From an uncultured Spirochaetaceae bacterium (GTDB lineage: Bacteria > Spirochaetota > Spirochaetia > DSM-27196 > PWMO01): a stretch of 52,376 nucleotides of DNA. Position numbers and translations under genes: made by a program. Below the pieces are notes generated by a model. The model had not been told where the DNA came from and did no database searches. It saw nothing but the letters and a program-made list of their open reading frames with translations. Positions 16,128 through 25,291 of the stretch are shown here, piece after piece; within the stretch, counting starts at the first letter, position 1, and every line of letters starts with the position of its first letter. Where the stretch lies: contig CAYPUT010000001.1 in NCBI GenBank assembly GCA_964413945.1, forward strand, positions 1 to 52,376, given 5' to 3'.

Positions 16128-17747
16128 ATGCCGAATACAACACTGCTTCTAATCCTACAGGCTCATCTCCCCTACGTGAGGCACCCGGAGCATTCCCGGT
16201 TTCTCGAGGAGGACTGGCTCTTTGAGGCCCTTTCGGAGACCTATCTTCCGCTGCTCCGGGTCTTCGATCGTCTTAAGGCCGATGAGGTGCCCTTTCGCCT
16301 CGCGATTTCCATCTCTCCTTCCCTGGCATCGATGCTCGAGGACCCCCTTCTTCAAGGACGCTACACCGAGCATCTGCGCCGTCTCATAGAGCTCGCCGAG
16401 AAAGAGGTGGAGCGAACCACCGGTATGCCGGCTTTCCGCCGGGTCGCACAGATGTATCTCGACCTTTTCCGGGAGAATCTGACCGACTTCACCGGGCGGT
16501 ACGAAGGCAACATCCTCCGGGGGCTAGACTACTACTGGAAGAAGGGGTACGTGGAGCTCTTGACCTCGGCGGCGACGCATCCCTTCTTGCCCCACTATCA
16601 GCACTATCCGGAGACGATAAAGGCCCAAGTTTCGATCGCCGAGCGCTTTCATTCGACGACCTTCGGGAAGTCGCCGAGGGGCTTCTGGCTTCCCGAGTGC
16701 GGATACTTTCCCGGGGTCGAGGAGGTGCTCAAGGAGTACGGCTTCGACTATTTCGTTGCCGCAAGCCACGGCGTGCTTTTCTCCCAAGACCGTCCGCACA
16801 ACGGGGTCTACCGGCCCCTCGCGTGCCCGAACGGGGTAGCGGTTTTGGGGCGGGATGTCTACTCGGCGCATCAGGTCTGGTCTTCGGAGGACGGTTACCC
16901 CGGAGACCCGACCTACCGCGATTTCTACCGGGATATCGGGTTCGACCTTCCGCTCGACTACATCGGTCCCTATGTCCACCAGGGGAGCCTCCGGGCCTTC
17001 ACCGGGCTGAAGTACTACGCCGTTACCGGCCCAACCGACCAGAAGAACCCCTACGATCCGGACCGTGCGGCCGAAACCGTCGAGGAGCACGCGGATAACT
17101 TTGTCTACAACATCGAGCGCCTGGTAGAGAGGGTTTCTCCCCTCGTCGACGGAACACCGGTCATCACCGCCCCCTTCGACGCCGAGCTCTTCGGCCATTG
17201 GTGGTTCGAAGGGCCCGCGTGGCTCGAAGCGGTTATCCGTCGCCTGGCCCGGGAGGACTCGGTCGCCACCCTCGCGACGCCTAAGCAGGTGCTCAAAGAA
17301 GCGCCGCCGGACCAGACTATCCGGCCCGCGTACTCCTCTTGGGGTACCAAAGGCTACTCCGAAGTGTGGTTGGACGGCTCCAACGACTGGATCTACCGGC
17401 ATACACACCACGCCACAGAGAGGATGAGAGAGCTGACCGAACGGTTTCCCGACGAGCACGGCTTGAAGGAACGTGCCCTCGCCCAGGCTGCCCGGGAGAC
17501 GCTCCTGGCACAAGCCTCGGATTGGCCCTTTATGATCCGGTCGGGAACGACGGTAGCCTACGCCGTCCGCCGGATAAAGGAGCATGTTCTGAACGTCGAG
17601 GCAATCTACGACTCCCTCTGCCGGGGGACGGTCAGCACCGAGTGGCTCACCAAGTTGGAAAAACGTCACAACCTCTTTCCCCACCTGAACTACCGTCTTT
17701 TCTCCTCGAATCCGCCGAGCAGGCGGACACCGGCTTTCCTGGAATAA
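16128..17747 (+). CDS. Glycoside hydrolase family 57 1,4-alpha-glucan branching enzyme-like protein
   Basis: 539-aa ORF. The N-terminus LLLILQAHLPYVRHPE, GFWLPECGY, and FDAELFGHWWFEGPAWL are GH57/DUF1957 hallmarks. Confidence 0.85.
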   Translation: MPNTTLLLILQAHLPYVRHPEHSRFLEEDWLFEALSETYLPLLRVFDRLKADEVPFRLAISISPSLASMLEDPLLQGRYTEHLRRLIELAEKEVERTTGMPAFRRVAQMYLDLFRENLTDFTGRYEGNILRGLDYYWKKGYVELLTSAATHPFLPHYQHYPETIKAQVSIAERFHSTTFGKSPRGFWLPECGYFPGVEEVLKEYGFDYFVAASHGVLFSQDRPHNGVYRPLACPNGVAVLGRDVYSAHQVWSSEDGYPGDPTYRDFYRDIGFDLPLDYIGPYVHQGSLRAFTGLKYYAVTGPTDQKNPYDPDRAAETVEEHADNFVYNIERLVERVSPLVDGTPVITAPFDAELFGHWWFEGPAWLEAVIRRLAREDSVATLATPKQVLKEAPPDQTIRPAYSSWGTKGYSEVWLDGSNDWIYRHTHHATERMRELTERFPDEHGLKERALAQAARETLLAQASDWPFMIRSGTTVAYAVRRIKEHVLNVEAIYDSLCRGTVSTEWLTKLEKRHNLFPHLNYRLFSSNPPSRRTPAFLE

Positions 17748-17816
17748 AGAACTACACAAACATTTAGCGATTAATCAAATCTTTCTCGTTTCCTGAAACT
17801 TATTCTGTCGACTATG

Positions 17817-17844
17817 TTGACATCCCCCCTAGGCGGCGTAGAAT
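17817..17844 (+). promoter_or_regulatory. Near-consensus sigma70 promoter of the dcw cluster (Pmra)
   Basis: TTGACA (17817-17822), a 16-nt spacer, then TAGAAT (17839-17844). It is embedded in the only AT-rich 150-nt gap of this region, 54 nt upstream of the mraZ ATG. Confidence 0.6.
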
Positions 17845-17851
17845 AGAGCAC

Positions 17852-17890
17852 AAGTGGAGAAAAGTGGGAGAAATTAGGCGAAAGTGGAAA
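17852..17890 (+). promoter_or_regulatory. Candidate MraZ operator: 10-bp-phased direct repeats A(A)AGTGG
   Basis: AAGTGGAGA (GTGG at 17854), AAAGTGGGAG (GTGG at 17864), a degenerate AAATTAGGCG (17871), and AAAGTGGAAA (GTGG at 17884). These are four boxes at 10-bp spacing, lying between the -10 element and the mraZ start. Confidence 0.5.
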
Positions 17891-17897
17891 ATAAGGG

Positions 17898-18338
17898 ATG
17901 ATTACCGGCGAATTCCACAACTCTCTGGACGAAAAGGGGAGGTTGCTCATACCTGCTCGCATTCGCGGAGGGATTACCGGGAACGTGCTGGTAGTGACCC
18001 GCGGAATAGATCGCTGTCTCTGGCTTTTTCCCCCGGAAGAGTGGCGGACCGTGTCCGACAATCTGATGGGAGCGGCGTCCCCCTTTACGAAGCGGGCGCG
18101 GTTGCTCCAGCGACGAATTATCGCGCCGGCTCAGGAGTTGGAGTTGGACAAGGCAGGGCGAATCAACCTGCCGCCGGCTCTCCAGGAGTCCGCCGGTCTT
18201 CGTCGAGAGTGCGTAATTCTGGGAATTAAGCGCTATATCGAGATATGGGATACCGAGGAATACGATCGGTATCTCGCAGAAAGCGAGGATGAGTTTCAGG
18301 AAGCTGCGGAGGAACTGGGAGGACTCATCTCCTTCTAG
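17898..18338 (+). CDS. mraZ: Transcriptional regulator MraZ
   Basis: 146-aa ORF. MITGEFHNSLDEKGRLLIPARIR and a second DKAGRINLP repeat form the duplicated MraZ/SpoVT-AbrB-like motif. Confidence 0.95.
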   Translation: MITGEFHNSLDEKGRLLIPARIRGGITGNVLVVTRGIDRCLWLFPPEEWRTVSDNLMGAASPFTKRARLLQRRIIAPAQELELDKAGRINLPPALQESAGLRRECVILGIKRYIEIWDTEEYDRYLAESEDEFQEAAEELGGLISF

Positions 18339-18349
18339 GGGGCGTCTGA

Positions 18350-19300
18350 ATGGCGATGGAACCGATCCATCAGTCGGTGCTGCCGGAGGCCGTGCTGGAG
18401 CTCTTGGCTCCTACGGACCCGACCGGAGTAATCGTGGACGCAACCCTGGGCGAGGGGGGTCATGCGAAGCTCTTTCTGGAACACTTTTCCCGTATTCGTC
18501 TCGTTGCGCTTGACGCGGATCCGGTGATGCTTCGGCGAGCCCGAGAAAGGCTCGCCGACGTCGCCGATCGTGTCGAATTTCGGACCGTATGGTTCGACGA
18601 CTATTTCGCGGGAGGGGGCGGAACCGAAGTGCCGCACCGGGTTTTGCTGGATCTAGGGGTCTCTATGTACCACTTTCGTGGTGCGAACCGCGGTTTTTCT
18701 CTTACCGAGGAAGGAGCGCTGGACATGCGCCTAAACCCGGAGGCGCCCCTCTCCGCGGGAGACATCGTCAACCGAACCCCCGAAACCGAGCTTGCGGACC
18801 TTATCTACTCCTACGGAGAGGAGCGTCTAAGCCGCCGGATCGCCAAGGCAATCGTTCGGGCCCGGCAGGGAGCCCCGATTGAGGACGCAGCCGCATTGGC
18901 CGAGATAGTCCGGCGCGCCGTGCCGAAGGAGCAACGCTACCGCCGGATTCATCCGGCCACCCGGACCTTTCAAGCGCTTCGCATCGCGGTCAACGATGAG
19001 CTCGGGCGACTCCGGAGGGCCCTCGAGGGCGCTGCCGACCTGCTACCTCCGGGAGGGCGCATCGGAGTCATCTCTTTTCACTCCCTCGAAGACCGAATCG
19101 TCAAACGCTTCTTCCTCGAGAAAGAGCGCCCGGTTTCCGACGAGGCGCCCGTGACTCGACCGGAACCGACGGAAAAAGGAGATGAGGCTATCTTTCGTCG
19201 GGTAAACCGTAAGCCGATTGTCCCTTCGGAAGCAGAGGTCGATCGGAACCCCGCTGCTCGGAGCGCCAAGTTCCGGGTCCTCGAGAGGGTTGCGGTATGA
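18350..19300 (+). CDS. rsmH: 16S rRNA (cytosine1402-N4)-methyltransferase RsmH
   Basis: HQSVLPEAVLELL, DATLGEGGHA, DLGVSMYHF and ISFHSLEDRIVK motifs are present. Confidence 0.95.
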   Translation: MAMEPIHQSVLPEAVLELLAPTDPTGVIVDATLGEGGHAKLFLEHFSRIRLVALDADPVMLRRARERLADVADRVEFRTVWFDDYFAGGGGTEVPHRVLLDLGVSMYHFRGANRGFSLTEEGALDMRLNPEAPLSAGDIVNRTPETELADLIYSYGEERLSRRIAKAIVRARQGAPIEDAAALAEIVRRAVPKEQRYRRIHPATRTFQALRIAVNDELGRLRRALEGAADLLPPGGRIGVISFHSLEDRIVKRFFLEKERPVSDEAPVTRPEPTEKGDEAIFRRVNRKPIVPSEAEVDRNPAARSAKFRVLERVAV

Positions 19301-19602
19301 GAAGCGGGTCGAAAGACGGAAACGGCTTCAAGTTGATTCTCGTAACGGTCCTCGTTCTTCTCCCGGTTCTGCTCTTTGCCAACGTCTGGCAGGGCTACCG
19401 CTTTGTGCAGCTCTCCCGCGACGTGGCGCGGCTGGAAACGCAGCAACGCCGTTCGATCGAAGAGAACAAGCGGCTCATCGCGACTATCGCGGTTCTTCGG
19501 TCTCCGAAGCGTATCCGGGAGGTCGCCGAAGAGTACCTCGAGGCCGAGCCCCTCGAGCCGGGTCAATCGATACGAATTCAGATTGTGAGCGACGCCGAAT
19601 GA
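19297..19602 (+). CDS. ftsL: FtsL-like small bitopic cell-division protein
   Basis: 101-aa ORF with one TM helix (LILVTVLVLLPVLLFANVW) followed by a coiled-coil. It sits between rsmH and murF, with ATGA overlaps on both sides. The call is by position and architecture only. Confidence 0.6.
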   Translation: MRSGSKDGNGFKLILVTVLVLLPVLLFANVWQGYRFVQLSRDVARLETQQRRSIEENKRLIATIAVLRSPKRIREVAEEYLEAEPLEPGQSIRIQIVSDAE

Positions 19603-20975
19603 AGAGCCTCCTCGTTCTGGAAGAAATTATAGCAGCGACGCAACCGCAAGTGGTTGGAGATCCTCCGGTCCGGTTTTCGGCGGTCGGCGTCGATTCGCGC
19701 ACCGTCGAGACGGGAAGCCTCTTTATCGCACTGCCGGGGGAGCGAACCGACGGTCACCTCTTTGTTTCCGACGCCCTCGACCGGGGTGCGGCGGCAGCCC
19801 TGGTAAGCCGAAAGCCCTCCGTCCCTTCCGGGGAAAGGTCTCGGGGAAAGGCCCTGCTGATGGTCGAGGATAGCGACGAGGCTCTCCACGCCCTCGGCCG
19901 CCGTGCCATCGAAAAGCAGGCCGCAATGACCCGGGTCGGCATTACCGGGAGCAACGGTAAGACCACGACCAAGGAGTTGGTGGGCGGCATCCTTCGTCTT
20001 GCCGGAACCGCCTTCTTGACGCCCGGGAACCATAACTCGACCATCGGTATTCCCCTGTCCGTGATGCCCCTGGACAAAAGCTACCGTTACGGTGTCTTCG
20101 AGATGGCGATGAACCGCCCGGGGGAAATGGGACGGTTGGCGGACCTCGTCCGGCCGGATTGGGCGCTCATAACAAACATCGGGACGGCCCACATCGGCCT
20201 CCTGGGTTCCCAGCGGGGTATCGCGGAGGAGAAGGCGCGAATTGCCGAGCATTTCGACGGTTCCCAGACCTGTCTGGTTCCCCGGGACGACGGGTACGCC
20301 CGGTTTCTCGCCGACCGCGTGAACGGCCGGGTTGTCTACTACGGGGAGGGCGTCACGCCGGACCTCGAAGCGGTGGAATCCGAAGGGCTCTCGGGGTCCG
20401 TCCTCCTGTGGCGGGGCCGCCGTATACGGCTCCGACTTCCGGGGCGTCACAACGTGCACAACGCCGTGGGCGCCCTGACCCTCGCCGTCGAGATGGGGAT
20501 CGAGCCCGGAATAATCGCCGACGGCCTCGAGTCGGCCCGGCCTCTGTTCGGAAGAGGGGAGCTTATCCAAGGGCCGGTGACCATCCTGCAGGACTGCTAC
20601 AACGCGAATCCCGAGTCCGTCGGGGCCGCCTTAGAGCTGGTCGCCGACAGCGGTTGGTCCGGGCGGGTCGTTTTGGTTCTCGGGCCGATGAAGGAGCTCG
20701 GGCAGCAGGGGCCCGCGGGGCACGCAGGGGTTGTCCAGGCGGCCCTCTCTTTCGGCCCTCAGGCACTGTTTCTCTACGGGGAAGAATTTTTCGAGGCCTA
20801 CGACGCGGTCAGTCGCGATGGGGAGGCTCTCGGCTGTTTCTGGACCGACGAGTTCGACGATCTGACGCGTCGAGTGGAAGAGTACGTTCGACCCGGAGAC
20901 TTGGTCGTGATAAAGGGAAGCCGGGCAGCCGCGTTGGAGCGAATCGGCGAGGTCTTGAGAAAGGTGGAGGCGTAG
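19599..20975 (+). CDS. murF: UDP-N-acetylmuramoyl-tripeptide--D-alanyl-D-alanine ligase MurF
   Basis: I place the start at ATG 19599 (MKSLLVLEEI). The longer ORF from 19218 overlaps rsmH and ftsL. It carries the ITGSNGKTTTKE P-loop and has Mur ligase architecture. Confidence 0.9.
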   Translation: MKSLLVLEEIIAATQPQVVGDPPVRFSAVGVDSRTVETGSLFIALPGERTDGHLFVSDALDRGAAAALVSRKPSVPSGERSRGKALLMVEDSDEALHALGRRAIEKQAAMTRVGITGSNGKTTTKELVGGILRLAGTAFLTPGNHNSTIGIPLSVMPLDKSYRYGVFEMAMNRPGEMGRLADLVRPDWALITNIGTAHIGLLGSQRGIAEEKARIAEHFDGSQTCLVPRDDGYARFLADRVNGRVVYYGEGVTPDLEAVESEGLSGSVLLWRGRRIRLRLPGRHNVHNAVGALTLAVEMGIEPGIIADGLESARPLFGRGELIQGPVTILQDCYNANPESVGAALELVADSGWSGRVVLVLGPMKELGQQGPAGHAGVVQAALSFGPQALFLYGEEFFEAYDAVSRDGEALGCFWTDEFDDLTRRVEEYVRPGDLVVIKGSRAAALERIGEVLRKVEA

Positions 20976-22055
20976 ATGTTTCGGGAGTTTCTTTATCCTC
21001 TGGTTCGCTATTTCACCCCCTTCAACGTCTTTCAGTACATCACCTTTCGAGCTGCCTATGCCGCGGTTACCTCGCTGCTTATCTGTTTTGTCCTCGGCCC
21101 GGCGGTCATTAGCTTTCTCCGGCGAAAGGAAGCGGGGGAGTCCATTCGACCCGACGGGCCTCTGTCGCATCAGGCCAAGTCGGGCACGCCGACGATGGGC
21201 GGTATCATGATCAATACCGCGACGCTGTTCTCGGTTCTTCTCTGGATGGACTTCGATAGCGTCTACACCTGGTTGGGTATTATCGCCGTTGTCGGTTTCG
21301 GCTCGCTCGGGTTCGTCGACGACTACCTGAAAACCTACCGAAAGGGTTCTCCGGGGCTTCGGGGCTGGGTAAAGCTCGGAGGGCAGCTTCTGGTCTCGCT
21401 TCTTATTACCCTGATTCTCTATTTTCACGGCGGGGACGCAGGATCCCTCCTCTTCGTTCCCTTTATGAAGCAGCCGCTCCTTGAACTTTCCTGGGCCTAT
21501 GTTCCCTTCGGTATTCTGCTCCTCGTCGGCACGACGAACGCCGTCAACCTTACCGACGGTCTCGACGGCTTGGCCTCCGGGCTCGTCATTATGGTAGCCA
21601 TGGCTTTTACGGCCCTCGCCTACCTCGCCGGACGGGTCGATTTTGCCGAGTACTTGCAGATTCCCTTTATCCGCGGAGCCGGCGAGCTGGCGGTTCTCTG
21701 TCTTGCGGTTGCCGGAGCCTGCGTCGGGTTCCTCTGGTTTAACGCACACCCGGCCGAAATAATGATGGGCGACACCGGGAGTCTGGCCCTGGGCGGCGTA
21801 ATCGGCGTCGTGGCAATGATGATAAAGAAGGAGATTCTCCTCATCATCATCGGCGGTGTCTTCGTTATCGAGGCCGCCTCGGTAATTATTCAGGTCGTCT
21901 CTTTTAAGCTTCGCCGAAAACGCGTCTTCTTAATGGCGCCGCTCCACCACCACTTCGAGCTTAAGGGATGGCCCGAGTCCAAGGTTGTGTTGCGATTTTG
22001 GATCCTCGGTGGCCTTTTTACCATTCTTAGTCTGTCGACATTAAAGATACGGTGA
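20976..22055 (+). CDS. mraY: Phospho-N-acetylmuramoyl-pentapeptide transferase MraY
   Basis: MFREFLYPL...FNVFQYITFRAAYA N-terminus, NAVNLTDGLDGLA, and MGDTGSLALGG motifs are present. Confidence 0.95.
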   Translation: MFREFLYPLVRYFTPFNVFQYITFRAAYAAVTSLLICFVLGPAVISFLRRKEAGESIRPDGPLSHQAKSGTPTMGGIMINTATLFSVLLWMDFDSVYTWLGIIAVVGFGSLGFVDDYLKTYRKGSPGLRGWVKLGGQLLVSLLITLILYFHGGDAGSLLFVPFMKQPLLELSWAYVPFGILLLVGTTNAVNLTDGLDGLASGLVIMVAMAFTALAYLAGRVDFAEYLQIPFIRGAGELAVLCLAVAGACVGFLWFNAHPAEIMMGDTGSLALGGVIGVVAMMIKKEILLIIIGGVFVIEAASVIIQVVSFKLRRKRVFLMAPLHHHFELKGWPESKVVLRFWILGGLFTILSLSTLKIR

Positions 22056-23194
22056 TGAGTGGTTTTGCTATAGATCGCGTAGAAAAGAACTCTCTCGACC
22101 TCGGGTTGGTTATCGCCCTTCTGCTCCTGGTGGGAGTCGGGGTCTCGATACTCTTCTCTTCCTCCTTCTACCGGGCCGGCTTTCTGTTTTCCGATCCGCT
22201 CTATTTTCTTCGGCGGCAGCTGCTCTGGGTTTTCTTGGGTGGCGGCGCCGCGGTTCTCTTAGCACATATCTCTCTTTCGATCCTCCGGCGCCTTATTCCA
22301 ATTGCCCTTCTCGTGACTGCAGGACTCATGGTTCTCACCTTCGTGCCGGGAGTCGGTTCCATGTTTCTCGGTGCCCGGAGGTGGATCATCCTCTTCGGCT
22401 ATTCGTTTCAGCCGTCGGAATTGGTCAAAGCGGTAACGCTGGTCTATCTGGCCTACATTCTGAGCCGGAAGCACGAGCAGTTGGACGATGCGGTCAACGC
22501 TCTCCTGCCGCCGGTTATCGTCGTTGCGATCTTCGCGACGCTCATCTACCTTCAGAACGACTTTTCAACAGCCTTCTTTCTGGTGTTTGTCTCTCTCGCG
22601 ATGCTCTTCGTCGCCGGGGTGCCCTTGAGGTACTTCGTCGCCCTCGGGGTGATGACGGCTCCCCTGTCTGTGATACTGCTTCTGACCCGGGAGCACCGGG
22701 TAAATCGGATTCTTGCCTTTCTCGATCCGAACCGAGACCCCGGGGGGACCGGCTACCAGGTGCTTGCGTCTCGCACGGCCCTTGCTCAGGGTGGACTCTG
22801 GGGTGCCGGCATCGGTCAGGGGGTGCAGAAGTTCGGCGCCCTCCCGGAGGCGCATTCGGATTTCGTCTTCGCGATCCTCGCCGAGGAATTGGGGTTCGTG
22901 GGCGTCTTTCTGGTCGTGCTCCTCTTCGCGTTCTTCGCGTACCGTGGATTTCGGATCGCCTATCTCACGAAAGACCGCTTCGTCTCTCTTTTAGCCTTCG
23001 GCATAACCGCGAGCATCATGTTTCAAGCTCTCTTGAATATGGCCGTTGTCAGTGGGTTAGTTCCGGCCACCGGGGTTCCGCTACCCTTCTTCGCCTCCGG
23101 CGGCTCGAGCATGTTCGTCTCCTTGGCGATGTGCGGGCTTCTGGTCAATCTATCACGGCATCTCGAATACGCAGAGGAGCCCTTCGATGGCTGA
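22052..23194 (+). CDS. ftsW: FtsW/RodA/SpoVE-family peptidoglycan polymerase (FtsW by context)
   Basis: 380-aa polytopic ORF with the SEDS motifs FQPSELVK, LQNDFSTA, PEAHSDFVFA and GVPLPFFASGGSS. The start is GTG 22052 or ATG 22055 (a TGATG overlap with mraY). Confidence 0.9.
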   Translation: MMSGFAIDRVEKNSLDLGLVIALLLLVGVGVSILFSSSFYRAGFLFSDPLYFLRRQLLWVFLGGGAAVLLAHISLSILRRLIPIALLVTAGLMVLTFVPGVGSMFLGARRWIILFGYSFQPSELVKAVTLVYLAYILSRKHEQLDDAVNALLPPVIVVAIFATLIYLQNDFSTAFFLVFVSLAMLFVAGVPLRYFVALGVMTAPLSVILLLTREHRVNRILAFLDPNRDPGGTGYQVLASRTALAQGGLWGAGIGQGVQKFGALPEAHSDFVFAILAEELGFVGVFLVVLLFAFFAYRGFRIAYLTKDRFVSLLAFGITASIMFQALLNMAVVSGLVPATGVPLPFFASGGSSMFVSLAMCGLLVNLSRHLEYAEEPFDG

Positions 23195-24035
23195 CGCGAT
23201 CCTTTCCCGCCGGGAGAGCGCCGCCAAGCGGCGGGGCGTCTCCCGGAGCAAGGCCGGCGCCTCACACCAGGTTCTCTTGGGGCTGGTTATTCTGCTTCTC
23301 TTGGTCTTTGCCGGAGAGCTGGTGTATCACTTCGTCCTCGTTCCGTACTTTCGAATCTCGAAGATCGTCGTGGAAAGCGACTCCCGGGTTTCTGAGGACG
23401 TCCTGCGAAACCTCGCCGGCATTACGCCGGACGCGAGTCTGCTTACGATGAATCCCCGGGTTACCGCCGATAGGATAGCGGCGCACCCGTCGGTTCGCGA
23501 GGTGAGCGTCTCCCGGAGCTTTCCCGAAACCTTGATCCTCCGGGTGGACACCCGAGAGCCGGTGGCCGTAGTACTCGCCGACGTTGAGGGAGGTCAGCGG
23601 GCCGTTCTCATAGACGACGACGGAATTCTCTTCGAGCGAGGTACCCTGACTGCGGAAAAGGCCGCCGACCTCCGGCTACCGGCTCTTTCGGGCCTGCAGT
23701 TGGAAGGGTTTACCGCCGGGATGGAGCTTCCGATACGCCTCCTGGGGCTGGTCAAACGGCTTAAAGAAATGCAAATCGATGCCCCGCAGCTCTTTCGGCA
23801 GATTTCCGAGATCCGGGTGGTTCCCCGGGGAAGCCACGAGTTCGAGGTCCTTGTCTATCCGATGAGCTATCCTGTGGTCCTGAGAATGGCCGGCGATTTT
23901 ACCATCGATCAATGCACCTACGCCTTGGTCGTCCTCGACGCGCTCCGGCAGGAAGGCCGTCTCGCCGAACTGGCGGAAGTCGACGCGCGGGGCCGGGATA
24001 TGGTTCTGCGACTCCGGGAGGGAACGGGTGGCTGA
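23187..24035 (+). CDS. ftsQ: FtsQ/DivIB-like cell-division protein (TM + POTRA)
   Basis: 282-aa ORF with one TM helix (VLLGLVILLLLVFAGELVYHFVLV) and a POTRA-like ISKIVVESDSRVSEDVLRNLAGI segment. It lies between ftsW and ftsA. Confidence 0.7.
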   Translation: MADAILSRRESAAKRRGVSRSKAGASHQVLLGLVILLLLVFAGELVYHFVLVPYFRISKIVVESDSRVSEDVLRNLAGITPDASLLTMNPRVTADRIAAHPSVREVSVSRSFPETLILRVDTREPVAVVLADVEGGQRAVLIDDDGILFERGTLTAEKAADLRLPALSGLQLEGFTAGMELPIRLLGLVKRLKEMQIDAPQLFRQISEIRVVPRGSHEFEVLVYPMSYPVVLRMAGDFTIDQCTYALVVLDALRQEGRLAELAEVDARGRDMVLRLREGTGG

Positions 24036-25260
24036 CGATATAGTAGTCGGGCTCGACATCGGGACCACCAAGGTCTCAGCCTGTATCGCCGAATACGACG
24101 AAAACGACCGGCTGCAGATCGTCGGTCTCGGAACCGCCCCCTCGGAGGGGCTCCGGCGGGGCGTGGTCATCAATATCGAGAGCACGCTTCGGGCGGTTCT
24201 CGCGGCGGTGGAAAACGCGGAACAAATGGCCGGTCGGGAAGTGGAGAGCGTCATAACCGGGATCGCCGGAGGGCATATCGAGAGCTTGAACTCCCGGGGT
24301 GTCGTCGCGGTAACCGGAAAGGAACGGGAAGTCAGCCGACGGGACGTCGACCGGGTTATCGAAGCGGCAAAAGCCGTGGTAATACCGATGGACCGGGAGG
24401 TTCTCCACGTTATTCCCCAAGAGTTCGTCGTGGACGACCAGGGTGGTGTCAAGAACCCTGTTGATATGATGGGCGTCCGTCTCGAGGCGCAGGTCCACAT
24501 TATTACCGGGTCGGTTACCGCCGCTCAGAACCTCGTAAAGTGCGTCAACAGAGCGGGCCTCCGGGTGGACAACCTGGTCCTCGATTCCCTCGCGGCTTCG
24601 AAGGCGGTTCTTACCAAGGACGAACGGGAGCTCGGCGTCCTCTTCTTAGACCTCGGCGGTGGAACCACCAACCTCCTGGTCTACGCCGAGGGAGCGCCAT
24701 ACTACACGGCGGTGCTTCCGGTCGGGGGCGCCCAGGTTACCAGCGATATCTCCATTATGCTCAAGACGCCGATGGAGTCCGCGGAGCGCCTTAAACGCGA
24801 GGCCGGGTGCTGTTTCGCGCCCATCGTCGACGACGACGAGCCGGTTATTATCCCCGGTGTAGGGGGGCGGCCGCCGTTATCGATTCAGCGTCGCAAGCTC
24901 GCCGAAATCGTCCAGCCCCGGATGGCCGAGATTCTCGCGATGGCCCGGGACCGAGTCGCGAAGGCCGGTTTTCTGAACCGCCTTGGGGGCGGCGTCGTCC
25001 TTACCGGGGGCGGGGCCTTGCTCCCCGGGGCCGTAGAGCTCACCCAGGAGATCTTTAAGACGGCGGGTCGGGTAGGGAAGCCGGGGAACCTCGGAGGCGT
25101 ATCGGATCAGTATCAGCGGCCGGAGTATTCGACGGTCGTCGGTTTGGTCCTCTTTGGAGAGCAGCTCTACGGGGGCCCCGAGGGTGATCGGGCTCCCCGG
25201 GAGAAGGGAGAGGGTATGTTTGGTGCGTTTACGGCATGGTTGAGAAACTTTTTTGAATAG
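24028..25260 (+). CDS. ftsA: Cell division protein FtsA
   Basis: VGLDIGTTKVSACIAE (actin-fold phosphate-1), LDLGGGTTNLLVY, and VLTGGGALLPG motifs are present. The GTG start overlaps the ftsQ stop. Confidence 0.95.
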   Translation: MADDIVVGLDIGTTKVSACIAEYDENDRLQIVGLGTAPSEGLRRGVVINIESTLRAVLAAVENAEQMAGREVESVITGIAGGHIESLNSRGVVAVTGKEREVSRRDVDRVIEAAKAVVIPMDREVLHVIPQEFVVDDQGGVKNPVDMMGVRLEAQVHIITGSVTAAQNLVKCVNRAGLRVDNLVLDSLAASKAVLTKDERELGVLFLDLGGGTTNLLVYAEGAPYYTAVLPVGGAQVTSDISIMLKTPMESAERLKREAGCCFAPIVDDDEPVIIPGVGGRPPLSIQRRKLAEIVQPRMAEILAMARDRVAKAGFLNRLGGGVVLTGGGALLPGAVELTQEIFKTAGRVGKPGNLGGVSDQYQRPEYSTVVGLVLFGEQLYGGPEGDRAPREKGEGMFGAFTAWLRNFFE

Positions 25261-25291
25261 AACCTAAATTGGCAATCTTCTGGGAGGGGAT

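Noticed and set aside
19218-19598. An N-terminal extension of the murF ORF. Analogous extensions occur at 30365-30637 (hslU), 15206-15397 (DUF4912), 13540-13599 (LytM), 29083-29145 (xerC), 38511-38561 (fliJ) and 5670-5735 (tauE).
   Set aside because: The extensions overlap upstream genes or a terminator and encode Arg/Gly/Pro-rich junk. Each has an internal ATG that gives the family-typical N-terminus with a stop/start overlap or a Shine-Dalgarno.
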